A DNA stretch of 64,000 nucleotides from NCBI GenBank assembly GCA_036172245.1, contig JAYWIR010000036.1:434001-498000 (forward strand). The letters run 5' to 3'. Each line of letters begins with the position of its first letter. Within the stretch, counting starts at the first letter, position 1. Shown here piece by piece: positions 49,473 to 64,000 of this stretch. A program made the position numbers and the translations under genes. The DNA comes from Raillietiella orientalis. Taxonomy: Eukaryota. Below the pieces are notes generated by a model. It worked only from the letters and a program-made list of their open reading frames with translations. It was not told where the DNA came from and did not search any database.

Positions 49473-52400
49473 TTACGTTTTCAAATAATTTATTGACATG
49501 GATGATAAGTCGGTGATCAGCTTTATATCACTGATTTTCATTGATGCTGAACACATTGGGCAGCTAGAATTCACTTTCAGCAACCTGAAACTAAATTAAG
49601 AAAACTCCTAATGTACCAGTTTCTCACTTCTCAAATTCACTGTGAATGGCAGGTAAGTCACAGGATGGGCAAGCTGTTAAATCTCCACTAACAATATGAC
49701 GACCCTTTTAAATATTTATTGGCTGCTCAGTGATGCTCTACAAACTTACTGTTGCTATACAATATGGAAGGGCGTTCTTGCACTGATTGCAATGCAATTC
49801 CATCTCTGCCAAAAGAAATGAGCAATAGGGACATGGAGTATACACTTCTGGTAAATCCTCTGCCTTTACGCATTTTCTAATCACTGATTCAATTTTTTTT
49901 TTATATTTTGGATTTAAGGATGCACGATTTTCGGGTCTCATCAGCAAGACAGCAAAATTGTATGCTGAATGCAAAAGCCCTGATCTATGACATTCTATCA
50001 CAGCTGATGTCAGAATTGGCACAACATCTACAAAAGCAAATGGAAACGAGCTTTACTATTTTACATACGGGACGGAAATCGAGAAATGTTTGCTATGATT
50101 CTTATAAGCAAGCGAGCAGCCAGTGAATGGTGATCCAAACTGACATGTAGACGCACCAGTAAATAACTATGGAGTAGTAGCAATCTAGTTTCCATATCCT
50201 TTGGCACATGCATTTTATGTTGGCGCAGTTCCTGATACATGCTTAGCAATACACTATGAGCACTTCGATAGTTGCCTGCAGAAAATACATAAAAAAGAGG
50301 CAAATGAAGTCCTTTACCTATAATCTGGTCCTCCTCAGCAATTATAAGGGCTGTGTTGCATGCTTCTTTATGTTTCCCCTGAATCAAATACAACTGAAAT
50401 AGGAGCCTAGGGTCCTAGATGGAATGAGTGCATTAGATATTTCACATCTGAATCTTACTTTAGGATTGCTATCGGTATCACCTAACAAATAGGCAACTGT
50501 CTGAGAAATAAGTTCCTCATTCTGACTTTTTCCTGCTACCTCAACCAAAAGCTGTAGGGCTTTCTGATTACTTCCCGCCTTAAATAAGTGCTTTGCCGCC
50601 TATATTTCATCAAATTGAATTGGAACTTTTGAACATTTCCTACTTTATCAGGATTTCCAGCCATCCAATAGAACTTTCCAGCAAGATAATGATCCGAGCT
50701 CTCGAAATAAGAAGCTATTTTACTGTAGTCCTCAGAGTTAGCTTCTGTAACCAAAATGTCTGCCAGAAAATCTAGCTGGTTGTTGTGTTCTGCTAACTGA
50801 TGAGCTTCTTTGATGCACCCAGATAACACTAAGAAAGTGATGGCTGACTGATGGTCATCTAGTGCAGAAAAAAATCTGAACAGCGGTTGCAAGAAACAAT
50901 TAACTTCATCACAACCTGGCAACTAAATGAGCTGCTTCTTTGTTCTTGTTCTTTCTCACAAGAGCAACAGCAGCCTCAGCATCATGAAGGTAATCTAACT
51001 GAATACGCACAGTATTCTGGATATCTCCTGCTGACTCATATGCAGATGCAGCTTGTGAAAAGTTACCCATAGCTTCCATTGCCTTCAAAACATTCTCTCT
51101 GTTTTCTATAAATACATTCTGACCTTTGCATATTGTAACCACATCTTGGGAGAAGTTATATAGGGCAACAAATCTGTCACAGCATTCCAGTTCCGCGTTT
51201 CTATAAACATTTGGGCTGCCTTTTCATATGCTCCGCATTTCTGGAAAAGAACTGCTGCTTCTTGGAATCGCTAAAGAGACTTCATGGCCTTTGATCAAAC
51301 AAAATATCTGTAATCGACCTTCATGTTTTCTAATATGCAGCCACATTCTCTTATCAAACTACGATCCTGAGATGAAGAAGCCATGGCAACACCTTCTGAA
51401 ACATCACCACAATGGAGGGTTGTACGGATGATGCCATTTTTGCAAATTGTGCTGTGGGGCTCTTTATTAAGAACCATGGCCTTTTTGAAATGGGCAAGAG
51501 CAGAAGAGTAATTTTTGCTGAAGAAGGCTATGCAAACGTCCATAGAAATATCGTGCATACGCGATCTCTAGCTGCTGTGCATATTGCAATGCAATGTCTG
51601 GGACTTCTTCAGGAGCCACTTTTTCAGCCATGTGAAGAGCTTGCTCCCAATTTAGTAGATCTTTATACAAAGCAAGGGCTGACCTAAGATTGGGAAGCTG
51701 GAGAAAAATTTTCTGAGCTTCTTCATGCTTGCCCAGTAGAACACACAAATATCCTGCAAGCAACTGTTTATCCACTATATGAGCAAGCTTTTTCAGCTGC
51801 CACACTACTCCTGCTTTCCCCAACTGACGAAAGATTCTGATTGCTACAACACCAAAATCTCAGATAGACAAATACTTAATATTAATACAGTAAACAATGC
51901 AGAAATATCTGATTCTCTTGACAAACATTAACAGAAATATTTTACCAAAATTCAGAAAATGCAACAAAGGTTTCAAGAAGAACAGATGGCTGATTAATAA
52001 GAAACCCACCCAGGTGCACATCCATGTAGTACAAAGCCTTTCTTCCGAATTCTTCCCAATATTCAAGACTATTTTCAGTTAAACAAAAACTCCAAGCTTC
52101 CTTGAAACTGAAACAGGTGACTGAAGAAACATTGCACAAAATAAAAATACCGATGCAGCTGAATTTGGCAATGTAAATATGCTTGATTATTTGGAGGGAT
52201 ATCCTTCATGAAATTGACTGCACTGATCTTGCCAATTCTTGATAAACAAAGCAATTCATCTCCAATCAAAAGAAGAGGCACCTGCTCAGGACTCACAGGT
52301 ACTTGGCAAAGAAACTCCACCTGGGTACCTAGGAATTGCTTAAAGATATGCAAATAAAGGTACATCTTACCAGCAATAGTATTTACTTGGTATGCAAACA

Positions 52401-54889
52401 GTCGGATGACATCCTTGTTGCACATGGCTAATACATTCTTTTCAGGTTCCTCACCCCATATAATACTTTGAGATCTACTCAAGGGAGTAGGAACTTTGAT
52501 ACATACTTCTTTGGCCTATTTACAGTAAGCAGCTTCTACATGATGCGTGAATACGGAACTTACAGCTACATAGATAAAAGCCGAACCTTCGTGGTCAATA
52601 TAAGCAACTAGAGTTCCCAGTTTATTGCACCCTAAACTATGGATTCCAGCAGAATGCCTGTATTCTCTTACTGGTGTCCAGTCTTCAATTCCAAAAAGTA
52701 CAAGATGGCCACTCTAAGATGAAATGCAGAAAACTCAAGCTAAAACTCATGATTCCTTACATCTGAACAAAATATCAGCAAATCATGTGTTAGACAATGA
52801 TCAGTGAGAAACAACTGCTGTGAAGTCTGATCAGGAAATAAACGTGCATCCCTCTTTATTCGTTCTTTTTCAGCATAACCATTGATCTGGATTTGGAAAC
52901 CTCCATACTAATATTATTATTAGATTACCAACCATATGAAGCTGTAGCTGTCCTTTAAATAAAGCAGAAGCATAATGAGAACACACATGTATGCTGATAA
53001 CAGACTGAGGATACTGATGCTCACAAAGCAGTTCCATTTCACCATCTGCCTCACTGTAAAACCAAGCTTGGTTATTGATGCCTACAACTACAAGAGATGG
53101 TAGGCCTACTGATAGGAATGTTGGTTCAACATCCACCATGAAGGAACACAACTTGGTCTGAAAAATTATAAATAAAAATAATGAAGCAGCACCATAGTGC
53201 ACCATTCCAGAGTTCCAACATCGTCAAACTTTTATTCGAACTTAAATGAATAGTCACTTGTTCAATTCAACTTAAAGAATGAAAATAATAATGACAAAAA
53301 GGCAACAAAATCATGAAGGCAGGTAATCAATAGCTGTTGAAAAGCTCTCAACATAAACATAGACATAACAAAAAGTGCTCAAGTTAATCAAGATAATGAC
53401 AACAATACCTTAGAATGAGATTCATACATAGTTACTTCTTGCAGGTTAGAAAGACAAGATAGATATCCAATGTGAGCGTCTCCCAAGAGGGGAAGCCATG
53501 TTAAATATACGTGAAGGTTTCCTTGAACTGTGGAAATTGCAAGTAACTGGCCATCAGCATTCCAAGCAAGCTGATCTACTGTTTCTTCTTCATTCAGTAC
53601 AATAATATTTTGCAGATTTCTCAGATCATTGAGTTGAAGGATTTTGATCCTGGGATCTAATACTACTTTTGTAAATTTCAACCTTACATATTGTCTCCAC
53701 AAGAAGCAATCAAGTCAGAATTTGGGGAGAGGCAAAAAGAGGACAAATTATTTCTATGGTTCTTGATTTGAGCAAGTTCTTGACCAATTTCTTGCATATG
53801 AGTCGAAATAGATACCAAATAACCAGCAGAAAATCCGATGAGGATATAACCATCTCCAAACCTGAGAAGGCTTACAAATAGCAATCTTGAACTTTCATTT
53901 GAGTATCTCACCATTCATATGTAATAATAGAACCGTATTGACTTTGGAAGGCTAATTCAATGGGATTTTCAGTATCATCCAGATTCATTAACAGCAGAGT
54001 TTTTGTACCTATAACTAGACTTACCTAAGATCAACTTATCAACTATTACAATAGTCAACTCACAGTGCTTTCATTCCGTGTAGGAATGCATTGTTTCATT
54101 TTGGAAAACTTGAGAACAGAAGGTTCTCCATGCAAAGTGCTGTGATGTAATGTGTCCCCATCTGCACTGCTAATAGATAATGTTTTGTCCTCACTTCCCA
54201 AAGCTAGAAGAGTCTCTTTACTCCAGCAACCACAGGTAATGCATCGAGTATGTTTACCCATCACAGGCAAATGTCTAGAGACATTATAAATGCTTGTTTA
54301 TTATGTGTGTAAAAAACAATACAAACGAACCTTGAGGTTTTGCTGTCGTAGATAATGACATTTCCCTTTGAGGTTCCAACAGCTAACAATGATGCTGTGT
54401 CAGACCATATCAGAAATGACAGTTTCTCTTTAAAACCAGTGTCCAGAGTAAAAGTTCGTAATTTATGTGAATCCCAAAATAACAGCTGGGATGTAAGATC
54501 ATCGACAATACACAATAAGTCTCCATCCTTGCTCCAACTTACACCTGTGCATGCTCTTATAAAATACAACTATTGTAATAAGACAACAAATAAACAATGA
54601 GGTTGAATGTTTTATTTGTAATTTCAGGAATTTAAGGTGAATTGGTGAAAGTGTTAAAAGAAAAAAATTTCAGTTACCCGGATAAAACTACTTTCTCCAC
54701 TTTATGTCCTTGTCTATTGTATATATTTACAATATTATCCTGGCCAAATATCACTAGGTATTTGTTTAACCATTTTTGCCACACAAAACTGAGTTTACCT
54801 AATGTAGAGGAATTGATTATGGAAAAAACCTACAACAAAACTGGGTATTCTGAATTGCCATGGGCATGCTGTACCTTTTTTTCAGTCAT
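49473..54889 (-). CDS. WDR19: WD repeat-containing protein 19 / IFT144 (IFT-A complex), many short introns
   Basis: [79 protein letters not shown]...[31 protein letters not shown]; stop at 49473-49475. Confidence 0.95.
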
Positions 54890-57800
54890 TCTAACCCTGT
54901 AGTCACGAACAACTTACAAAAAAGTGGCCATCATAGTTACGTATGTTAATGCAACTGATAGAAAGGATAAAAAGAGTTGCGAGATGACTGACCTTTCCAT
55001 GATAGCAAACTCACTTCATCCCTGTTTTGGTATACTTATGGAAAAGCCTACACTTTGAAGAGTTTGCTCCACAAACTTATGATCATTAACTCCTGAATAG
55101 TTTTATGACATGATTAATATTAATATTGAAACATGTGAAGATATTCAAATGGTGCAGAAAGAAAATATCTGGCAGTGTGCTTTACCAATTATGGTTATTA
55201 AATCGGCATCATGGAAGAACCGGAGGAACTGATATTGTCCACTCCTTTGTATAGGCATTCCCGTAAACAAGCATCGGCCATTGCCTTCTGTTTATAATAA
55301 CAATTGCGAACAAGATTACCAAAATCAACATGTATGAAAATCGCAACTTTTCAAAATTCAAATTCACTTACGAAGACGTGCCATATCCTTCAACGATGAA
55401 TGATCTCTAGTCCTTTACATATGTTCCAGAAACAGTTAGTGTCTAACTGTTTCTTTTTCTGAATTTGCTGATAAACTGTATTCATTAAACTGTGAGCCCC
55501 TAAACTTTCCGAAAAGTTCAAATCAGGTAAGGTACATTATTAATTAATATTGTAGCCTTTTTTCTCTTACATTTACGGTTTCTTTAATTTCTTTAACGCA
55601 TCTTTCACTGAGTACTCTAGTACTGGGAATTTCTTTTTGATCATTGATTTGTTGAATATTGTCAGAAGTTGAGGAATCGAATATTTGATGAACCATTTCG
55701 GTGTTACTATTCCTAAAGAATTCTGTAAAAAAAAGTATGCAAAAGTGATGTTGTCTTGTCTGTGATTGAAGCTGAATTCCATGTTGATTATCACACTTGC
55801 AATTTTCCATGGTAAAAGTTTCCTTCGTATTCATGGAAAGAAATATATAGAAATAGTTGAAACCCAAATCACCAAATTAGAGAAAAATATGACATAGAGT
55901 TTTGTGGATTTCGGCTACAAGCGTATTGATTTTTGAAAACTTCAGGATAACTATCCTCCATCCTCCATCATAGCTCTCTTGGTAAAGTATGTGGAGATTA
56001 ATCGAAATTTCTTCTCACATATATGAAGATTGCATTATTAAAATAATCATAGATTTTAATGATAGAGGATATGAATAATAATTGTTGGAAGATGACCTGC
56101 ATCCAAATCAATGAAGTTTTTTTTCGCTGTTCACCTAAGGGGAACAATTATTCCACTTAGCTCTTTTTTGTGATTCAAATCCAAATCATGGATGGAAAAG
56201 AACCATAGTTGTGAAATTATTTCTAGGAACACTTTTGCTTAACTACCATTGATAACCATACTAATTCTACATCATTCTACATACGATTTATCTGAATGAA
56301 AGCAAAGTTATGTTTGTTAACTTTAACAATTTTGGGGCTAGGTTACCTTTTCACGTTTTTAGATGTATTAATCAACGTAATCTCTTTAGGTAGCGTGATT
56401 GGTTGTATGCAGAGCATTCAAGCAGTTATGTTTAGTAGACGTTTTGTTTGGATAACGATAACTACGATAGCAAGGAACTGCATCTAATTGGAGTAAAAAT
56501 TATCGTCTTCTTCGTTGATACTGTCCACTGCGAAGCACCAGTTTTGCGTTGATACTCAATGAAGCATGTTGATCGGCCCGATGTTATATGAATACAAATT
56601 TCATGTCATTATCCTTCTCTAGATCATGTAAAAAATTCAACTTTCCAGCTTCCTTGAATCTTTGTTATTCGGAAATCATGTAATGACTTCAAATAAAGAG
56701 CACATAATAACATTCTTTCTACTTTTAAGCGAATTAGATAAAATTAAATGATTGCAGAGAATCGAGACCCACACTCCACCAACGTTTGGAACATTGAGGA
56801 CGATTTATTCCCAAACACTGATGATATGCTTCGTTTGTGGTGACAATTCAGTTGATTAGCTCTGCACACATCTGATTGAATCTGATTTCTCAGTTTCCAA
56901 GATTATTTTAATTTCCAAATGGCTTGAAAATTCATGAAAGTTGATCATCGGAACTGACTTCGGAAGTAGCGAAGTCTGAACAACGGAAGCAAAACGAGCT
57001 TTTCTGATAAATAGTGATTAAAACAGCTGTCTTAGTGCTCCGAGAGAATCAGAAACATGATTCTGAGCTTTCTAGAAATGTGTATTACATAAGAAGTATT
57101 ACATATTATTCCTTTGAAAATGAATTTGGGGTTCTTCTCGCCCTCTATTAACCAGCACAAGCGTTCGGGAGGCAGAACTTCCTTGGTGTCATTTGATTTT
57201 CACTTTCCCCGGTCCACATGAGTTTGTGTACATTTCATATGAGGACACTTTGGTACAACGATTTTACAAATGACTCGTTGGCAGAAGGCATAAAAGCGCC
57301 AGTTATTTACGGGATTGCATAGAGATCGAAAGAATGCTGGAGCCTTTTTCGTCTGGCCGCAGCTTGCTGCAGTTTCAAAGACCATGCCAACCAGAGGAGA
57401 TGCGAAGCCATCCGTCCGGTTGTGCTTTCCCCTTGGGGAGAGGTTCCGTGGATACTGCAGCCGGAGTGTGCTTTACCTATGCAGCAAAGCCATGCAGTGC
57501 GTGGACAAATGCATTAATATTTAAATAAAGGTTTCTCGGTAATGGTTTTATAACAGCTTATCATCGAGTGGGAGCGAAGTCGTTATATTTGGTTCCCGGT
57601 TTTTTGTTTTTTAAAGCAGCATGACTCTGTGGGAATTTCAGCGTCCGGAAGGTAAAGATAAAGCAGGTCTGCCAGTCGGGGGTGCGTGATGACTTTCATC
57701 AAGTGGGACTGCCCAAGTTTATCTTGTGATCGATAGTCAGATCAGCCAGTAGCATCCGGCTGTTATTTAAATTTCCTAACCATGCCCTTATGCCGCTGTA

Positions 57801-58228
57801 CATGTCGGAAAAACGATCAGATTTTACGAACTTGAAGTGTACCAAAAGTTATGCTTTTCGGTTTGCGTGAAGCCCAATACACATGTACAAGGCTGCCCAA
57901 GACAAGCAGATTAGCGCCACAATTGAGGGAATTAGAAATAAGTGGAAACAGTAGGCCCTTGTCGAAATCCCATTTGCGACCAATCGCGTGTTTTGTGTAA
58001 CGTAAGTTTTTCACCGATCTGCCCGATTAGAATTGAAATGCGGCATAAAGTACAATAATAGACTTTCCGAATTCTATACTTTTTTGTCATTGCTTCAGTT
58101 AGAAAACGAGATGGTCCATTTTGGTGATACACTTTGATTATCGAAGAATGCAATATGAGTGCAAATGATTATACAGTGTCCGCTATAAAGCTGTTAACTG
58201 CCGGAAACACGTTTTTACTGACAATGCT

Positions 58229-59967
58229 ATGACAGAAACATTACAAAAGTGGAGTACTCATTTCAGTGTAGTAGAGCTCATAGTAAGGAAACAAGTTCCC
58301 AGGTAAAATATTGACTGTTGGACATTCTCCATTTTCTTTTAAACATTACTTGCTAACGTAAAAGACACGTAATTTCTTTGTGTGTGACCTATGCATAGCA
58401 GATAACAGCAAAAACGTTGCTGTTTTCAAAATCTCTCATTTGAGATTGCAGAAAAGGTAGCCAAGCAGTATGCAGATCAGCTGTTGAATGATGTGACCCT
58501 GATAGTAGGTTCAAGCAGAGTGCCTGCAAATCGCCTTGTTCTATGTACATCTTCAGATGTCTTTCAAGTTGGTGCCTTTTTTTTTAAAGTTTTTGTAAAT
58601 ATTGTTTAGGTCATGCTTATGAGCTCACGATGGATAGAATGTCAACAGGATTACATTAAGTTACAAGAGGAAGATGCATGTTCTCAAGTGTTTCAAGATT
58701 TTATACATTACTTCTACACTAAGAATATTCAGTTAACACTCAACACTGTATTGCCTATGTTTATCTTGGCTGACAAATACAATGTTAAGGTGGGTTTGTT
58801 TTTTAATCAATTTACCCATCAGAATATGTGTACATATAGGACTTAATATTGATCTGCCTTGAGTATATGGAGGCGAACATGGTTTCTGCTTGTTACAGTG
58901 GAAACCTGATATCTTGGTACCAGTGTTTCTTATCAAGGAACCTTATGATCATCAAGGTTTGCATGGCAATGAGTCTGTTGCAATCAGTGTAAATCTGTTC
59001 ATACCTTTTAGAGGTATGAGAAATTCATGAAGGCAAACTTTGGTTTGGTGATCTTAGCAAGTGATTTTCTTACCATGCACGTGGACATTCTGGTTGATTT
59101 TATTTCCAGCACTGATCTGGTGGTAGGAGATGAAGCTGCTTTGCTAGAGTCAGTGTGTAAGTCTTTGGAAACTAGTGCTCATTTTTTCAGTTTAGTGGTA
59201 TATGTGCATGGCTGAAGGAAAGGAATAAAGAAGACATGCATTTAATTCTGCAGCATATCAGATTTCCCATGATGACTGTTGAACAACTAGCAAAGCTGAC
59301 ACTGTTACCACTGGCTCAAAACAACCCTGAAGTCTTCATGAAATTCATAGCATTGGGCATGTCAGCTAAGTGCAATGACTGGAAACTATATCAGCGTCTG
59401 AGCAACAATGATGTCCTCTGTCTTGCTCGAGTGTACACTAGATGCAGTGCTATTTCAGAATATTTGGTTGAATCAGTTGCTGTACCATATGACACTGACT
59501 GTTCATACTCTGTCATTGAGCGGGATCTGTCTCATAGACCTGTTCCTTACTCACCTTCCAGAACTGGACATTTTTCAGAACTAATATGGAAATTGCAGTT
59601 GTATCCCAGAGGAATTTTGTATGACCCGTCCTTTATATACACTCATGAAGGCATGAGGACAGTTCCTGGATTTTTGATCCCTGGTCTTCATGTAAAAATC
59701 CAACTAATATCTCTGTTAACTGTGAACACGCGAATTTCTCTTTTACTTTTTGATGAGAGCAAGGACAATATGGAATTTGTGAGAGAAGTTTTGCATGTTA
59801 ATCATATATTTGCTGCAAATTCTCCATCCTTGAAAATTTCTCCTCCAATTCAAGCTTATGAAACATATTTACGAGATGGTGAAATGCTCAAAATAATGAT
59901 TGTTATACGAATACAAAGTGTGTGCAATACTGATAGTAATTCTAATCAAATTGTTGTTACAAACTAA
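58229..59967 (+). CDS. BTB/POZ-BACK domain protein (BTBD17-like); first exon and start uncertain
   Basis: LNDVTLIVG...ANRLVLCTSSDVFQVMLM...FIHYFYT...LADKYNVK|DL..C..YM; SDF...ISSTDLVV.DE; LQHIRFPMMT; exons joined by GT-AG introns. Confidence 0.85.
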
Positions 59968-62900
59968 AGGTATTTTTTTGAATACACCAGCATCTGTTGT
60001 TACAGTCATTGTTATTGCAAGATCATCTATGTTTCTTCCGTTCCTTTTTTTTTTTTTTTTTTTCTTTTTTATTAAAAGTCTTATAACTGTCTATACACGA
60101 GCACATTCATGTTTCTGTTTCTATCTGCACTTTTGAAAGAGAACTGCAACATTTCAAAAACGGTGTACAAAAATAAAGATTATCTTCTCAAAACTCAAAC
60201 ATTCACTTCCAGGGTACAGACTTGCTTTCTTTCCAAGCACAAAAAAGAAAAGGCAACAGCTTAATGGCAATTTACCTCATTTACCCCCACCCCCACCTCC
60301 CTGTTTGGTTGCATTAGGGTCTTGAGTATAACTACCAAGTCACTGACAGAGACTTCCTGCGAGGAAAGCAGCTAGGGTATTGGAAAAGGATGCGTAGGAA
60401 TGGAAAATGCAAGCAATACAACGCAAAACCTCAATCTTCGATCCAAATAAGAAAGGAATTCCCGCAATTGGAAATTTTACGGAAGAACAGGGAATCAAAT
60501 GCTGAAAGTGAAACTTCCGCTTTTGTTTTGGTTTTAGACAGTGCAACAGATCGATCCCATGATATCCTGACCGAGAGGAACTAAGGGTTCTAACAGGCAA
60601 AAAGCAATTCAGGGGTTTCAAATCGGCATTTCCCGATAAGTTCGGAAATTAATAAAATCAAGGAATTCTTTGGGGAAATTCTACGCATTCTAGAAATTGG
60701 TGGCGTGAGAATTGGGGCAAGATGACGCTTAACAGAAACGCATATCACGTGGAAATGGAGGCACTTTGTTTCTGTTTGTCGTCAGGGGCCATTCAGTTAC
60801 CACGGAAATGACCGACGGGTACCGGTACGCCGTTGCTTCCTAAACGACGTGAGTTCCGCCAAGCTAAAAGGTAGACCTGTGCACTGTTTCTCCGCTTAGA
60901 AACACCAGTGTCCCTCTCGAACTGAGGAAGTCTTTCAAAGATTCCTTCAGCTGCTGATCCTGATTTCGTTTTGGTGTCTCGACAAGGCACTTCATTGAAA
61001 ATTCTTCTTCTGCCGGTAGCCGTACGTACTTCTTGGTACACATACCGAGTACCTCTCAGGTCTTTCCGAACCTGAGCACTACGGAGGAGCAAGTTTCGGC
61101 ACTAGGAAGAGCGTCTTTTACCTACGCCTATGGGAACAGCTTGGGGCAGCAATTCCCTCATTCCACAGCTCTTCCCACTACGTATCTGATCTTGTTTCCT
61201 TACACCTTCGCATGCCCCACATTCGCTTGCAAAGGCTTTGCAAATCAATTATCTACATCATTTATTAAGCTCTGTCGATTACGGACGCGACTGCCATACG
61301 TGGGATGCAGTAGCGATCGATAAAACTGGTACCTTGTGTTGATGCAGCAGCACCTTATTCTCCCTACCCACTTTTGTTTATTGCGTGCCGCCTGCTTCAC
61401 CCGCGGCCTGGAACTAACCGGCCCATAATTACGAGGGTGCTCGGTTCTTCATTAGTTGGACCTTTGGGCACATTTGGTGGGAATTCGCAAACAAAACAAC
61501 CGGCAGACCGATACCGTTAAGAGAAGTCCCCTCTGCAACATTCGCATATGTTCGATTGGTGTCATCTTGCACGGCTTCGGAATCCAAGCAGCTGCGCTAG
61601 CAATTAACTGATCGTGGAGATGCTCACTTTTCTTGGGGACCTTTGCGCTGTTTGCTTGCTTTGCGCGGAAATTTCCAGGTGATTTCGACGAATCCGTTTA
61701 TTTCTAATTGGAACCTCGTCCCATTAACTGCTTCGAGTTGCTCGCATGGCGATCGTTTGTTCCCTAACCAAAGAGTCCTTACAAAGCGTTCTTTGGGAGC
61801 ACATTCGCACCTTCCTTGATTTCCCCACCCCACCCCCAAAACGAATGGCGAAACGCTTTTCTTCGTCAATTAAATTGGCAAAAGAACGCATTACCTGACA
61901 TTCTTACACCTTTGCAAGGTGGCGTGGGCTCGTGCAGCCTTCGGGACATAAACCATATTGTGGATACTGGCAGGAAAAAAGTTGGGCGCAAGAACAGCAG
62001 AGTCTGCTGGCGTTAAAAGCACTGCATCTTATCTTGAGGTGCCAGCATATGTCAGGTGGCGCGAGGTACGTTTTAGTCATCCGATCACAAGCTGTTCCTG
62101 GTACCGATCGGTTGAGGTCGCCTGCTCTTCTGAGACGCGCAAGAGGGACTCAATGTCGAACCCTGTGACGTGCAGCCTCTCGATCCCAGTTACCACAGAC
62201 GAACTGAGTACTCTTCTCTGTTAGAACAGCTTAATTGAGACGGAAAAGGCAGTTCCGGTTGTCGCTGTTTGTGAAATTTCGCAGCTGCGAAATCATCAGC
62301 AACAGCAATTACGGGCAACGGCGATTTTTGGCGGTGCTCCTGTCCTTTGAAGTTATCAATTTCCCTTACCACTCGTTCATCGCATAATCAGCATCTGCCA
62401 TCGAGCGTGGGATGTCTGAGCCCGGATGACCCAAGTACGAATCACCACAAGTCTCAGCACAGCGGACCCCGTTTGCTTCCACCGACCTCGTGGATGGGTT
62501 CGAAGGAACGCGCGCGGACGAGAAACGACTTCGCTCCACTGAAAATGTGCAGGGCCTGGGGATATCTTCGAAACCTCTTGAAATTACTGCCGGTCCTTCT
62601 CTCTTGTAGACTACGCATTCAATTTCCTTTCGAGACCATTTCCTTTACGGAAGAATCCATCCTCTTTCTCTCTCGACCGGGAACGAAGCACTTTCGGTTC
62701 ATTTTACTGTTTTCTACTTTCTTTTCTTTTCTTTTTTTATGCTGCGGAGGGGCAAATGCCGACTTAATTTCGTTGCTGGCGCCAATCATGGGCTGAGAGT
62801 TCTGTCTATGCCCCCATGCTCGGTCTGCTCGCAATCGAAGGTCGGAGCCTTAGAACGAAGACACGATGACCATCCGCGGGAAACAACCTCCCAGCAGATT

Positions 62901-64000
62901 CGAGGACAGACACAACTACCGCGCAAAAGGAGGAAACAACCGCGCGCGCGTGGACTGGGTGCTCTTTGCCTACAGTCACGCTCACTTCTCGCCAAATGCT
63001 GGCTCCAACCGTGAAAGGATGCTGAAGAACGAGCAATGCTCGCGCAATGCTTTCCTTTTCGGCAGCAAAGTGTGCGACTGATACATTCTTGGGCTTGGCG
63101 ACCGCACATTTGCTGCTGCCACAATAAACTCGATGTCCGCCGTCACTGCACCCGCGTTCCGTGCCTCTCTCTCTCTTCAGAAATTGTCACCACATCGAAA
63201 ATCGACTTTTCCTCGCCTCCTGTGGCGCCCCCTGCCGCCTACGAACATCAGCGGTGGTGCCAAGCCTTTTGCCGCCAGCTCGGTCTGCATCCGGGCGGTT
63301 CCATTCCTCGTCGCAGCGGTTCCTGGTTTGCATGCTGAGTAGTCCCATCCCTTTCCAGAGGAGTCGCACAGTTCGTGCAACGAGCGACAAAGGAGTTCGT
63401 CACCAGCTCCTTCGCCCCACGGAGTCCTAGTGATCGACGTCTGAGGACCACTTGCGTTCACATTACAAGAGTCCAATCTGCTGCACTCCCCAAACGAAGA
63501 GAGTCGAGGTCGCCGACGCCGAATGCGTGGACTGCAATTGCCGAGGGACTAGTGCGTTGTACAAAGCCAAACTGTCCCTGTTCTTCGCTCCCCTCCCTAC
63601 TGCTTGGTCTGTCCCTACTCTTTCTCGTACACCTGGCAGGGAGCTGCCCGCCATTCATGTATCCAGTTCTGATGACTTCCTCCCCAACCCCATAACTTGT
63701 AAGAAACTTTGAACCTGCCTCTTACGCACCCTCTTTTATGACTACAAGAACCACCATCTCGGGTGGTCGTGAATGTCGGTAACTCGGAAATTCCCGTTTC
63801 GGGTTCGACAGTGTCGTCGAGAACACACACCAAAACAGCAGACGGCTCGTTTCGTTTCGGTGTTTCATTTTCTGTTCAATCCGAAATCATCCACGAGAAT
63901 GGGGGGTCGGAAGATTGCGGATTAGCGAAGAAAATCGCGGATCAGTTTCGCGTCTTTCTCCGGCCGTACTTCGCTGAGCAACACGGCTGCCGCTTGTCAT

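Noticed and set aside
60300..64000. Many overlapping short ORFs in GC-richer DNA
   Set aside because: No recognisable domain, splice pattern or RNA gene; probably decayed repeat sequence, left uncalled.

Overview
Eukaryotic (metazoan) nuclear DNA in two compartments. (1) ~1-46.3 kb is a 'foreign DNA graveyard'. It holds a scrambled, pseudogenised Wolbachia-like nuclear insertion (~1060-18818: virB2, atpH, rlmE, rpsM, adk, phage WO repA/recombinase/DUF2924, an ORF-less group II intron, pyrE, a dicarboxylate symporter, an IS5-family element). A near-intact L1/Tx1-clade LINE plus a second 5'-truncated copy (7737-14502) interrupt that insertion. Directly after it come ~11.5 kb of decayed coding-like DNA with weak motif matches to bunyavirus glycoprotein (minus strand) and L polymerase (plus strand), a tentative endogenous viral element. 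Stacked L1/Tx1 fragments, NeSL/Utopia-like remnants and a piggyBac remnant follow. (2) ~46.7-60 kb is compact host gene space with mostly ~40-60 nt GT-AG introns: a type II membrane coiled-coil gene, WDR19/IFT144 and a BTB-BACK (BTBD17-like) gene. All identities come from motif recognition by eye; no searches were run and the host species cannot be determined.
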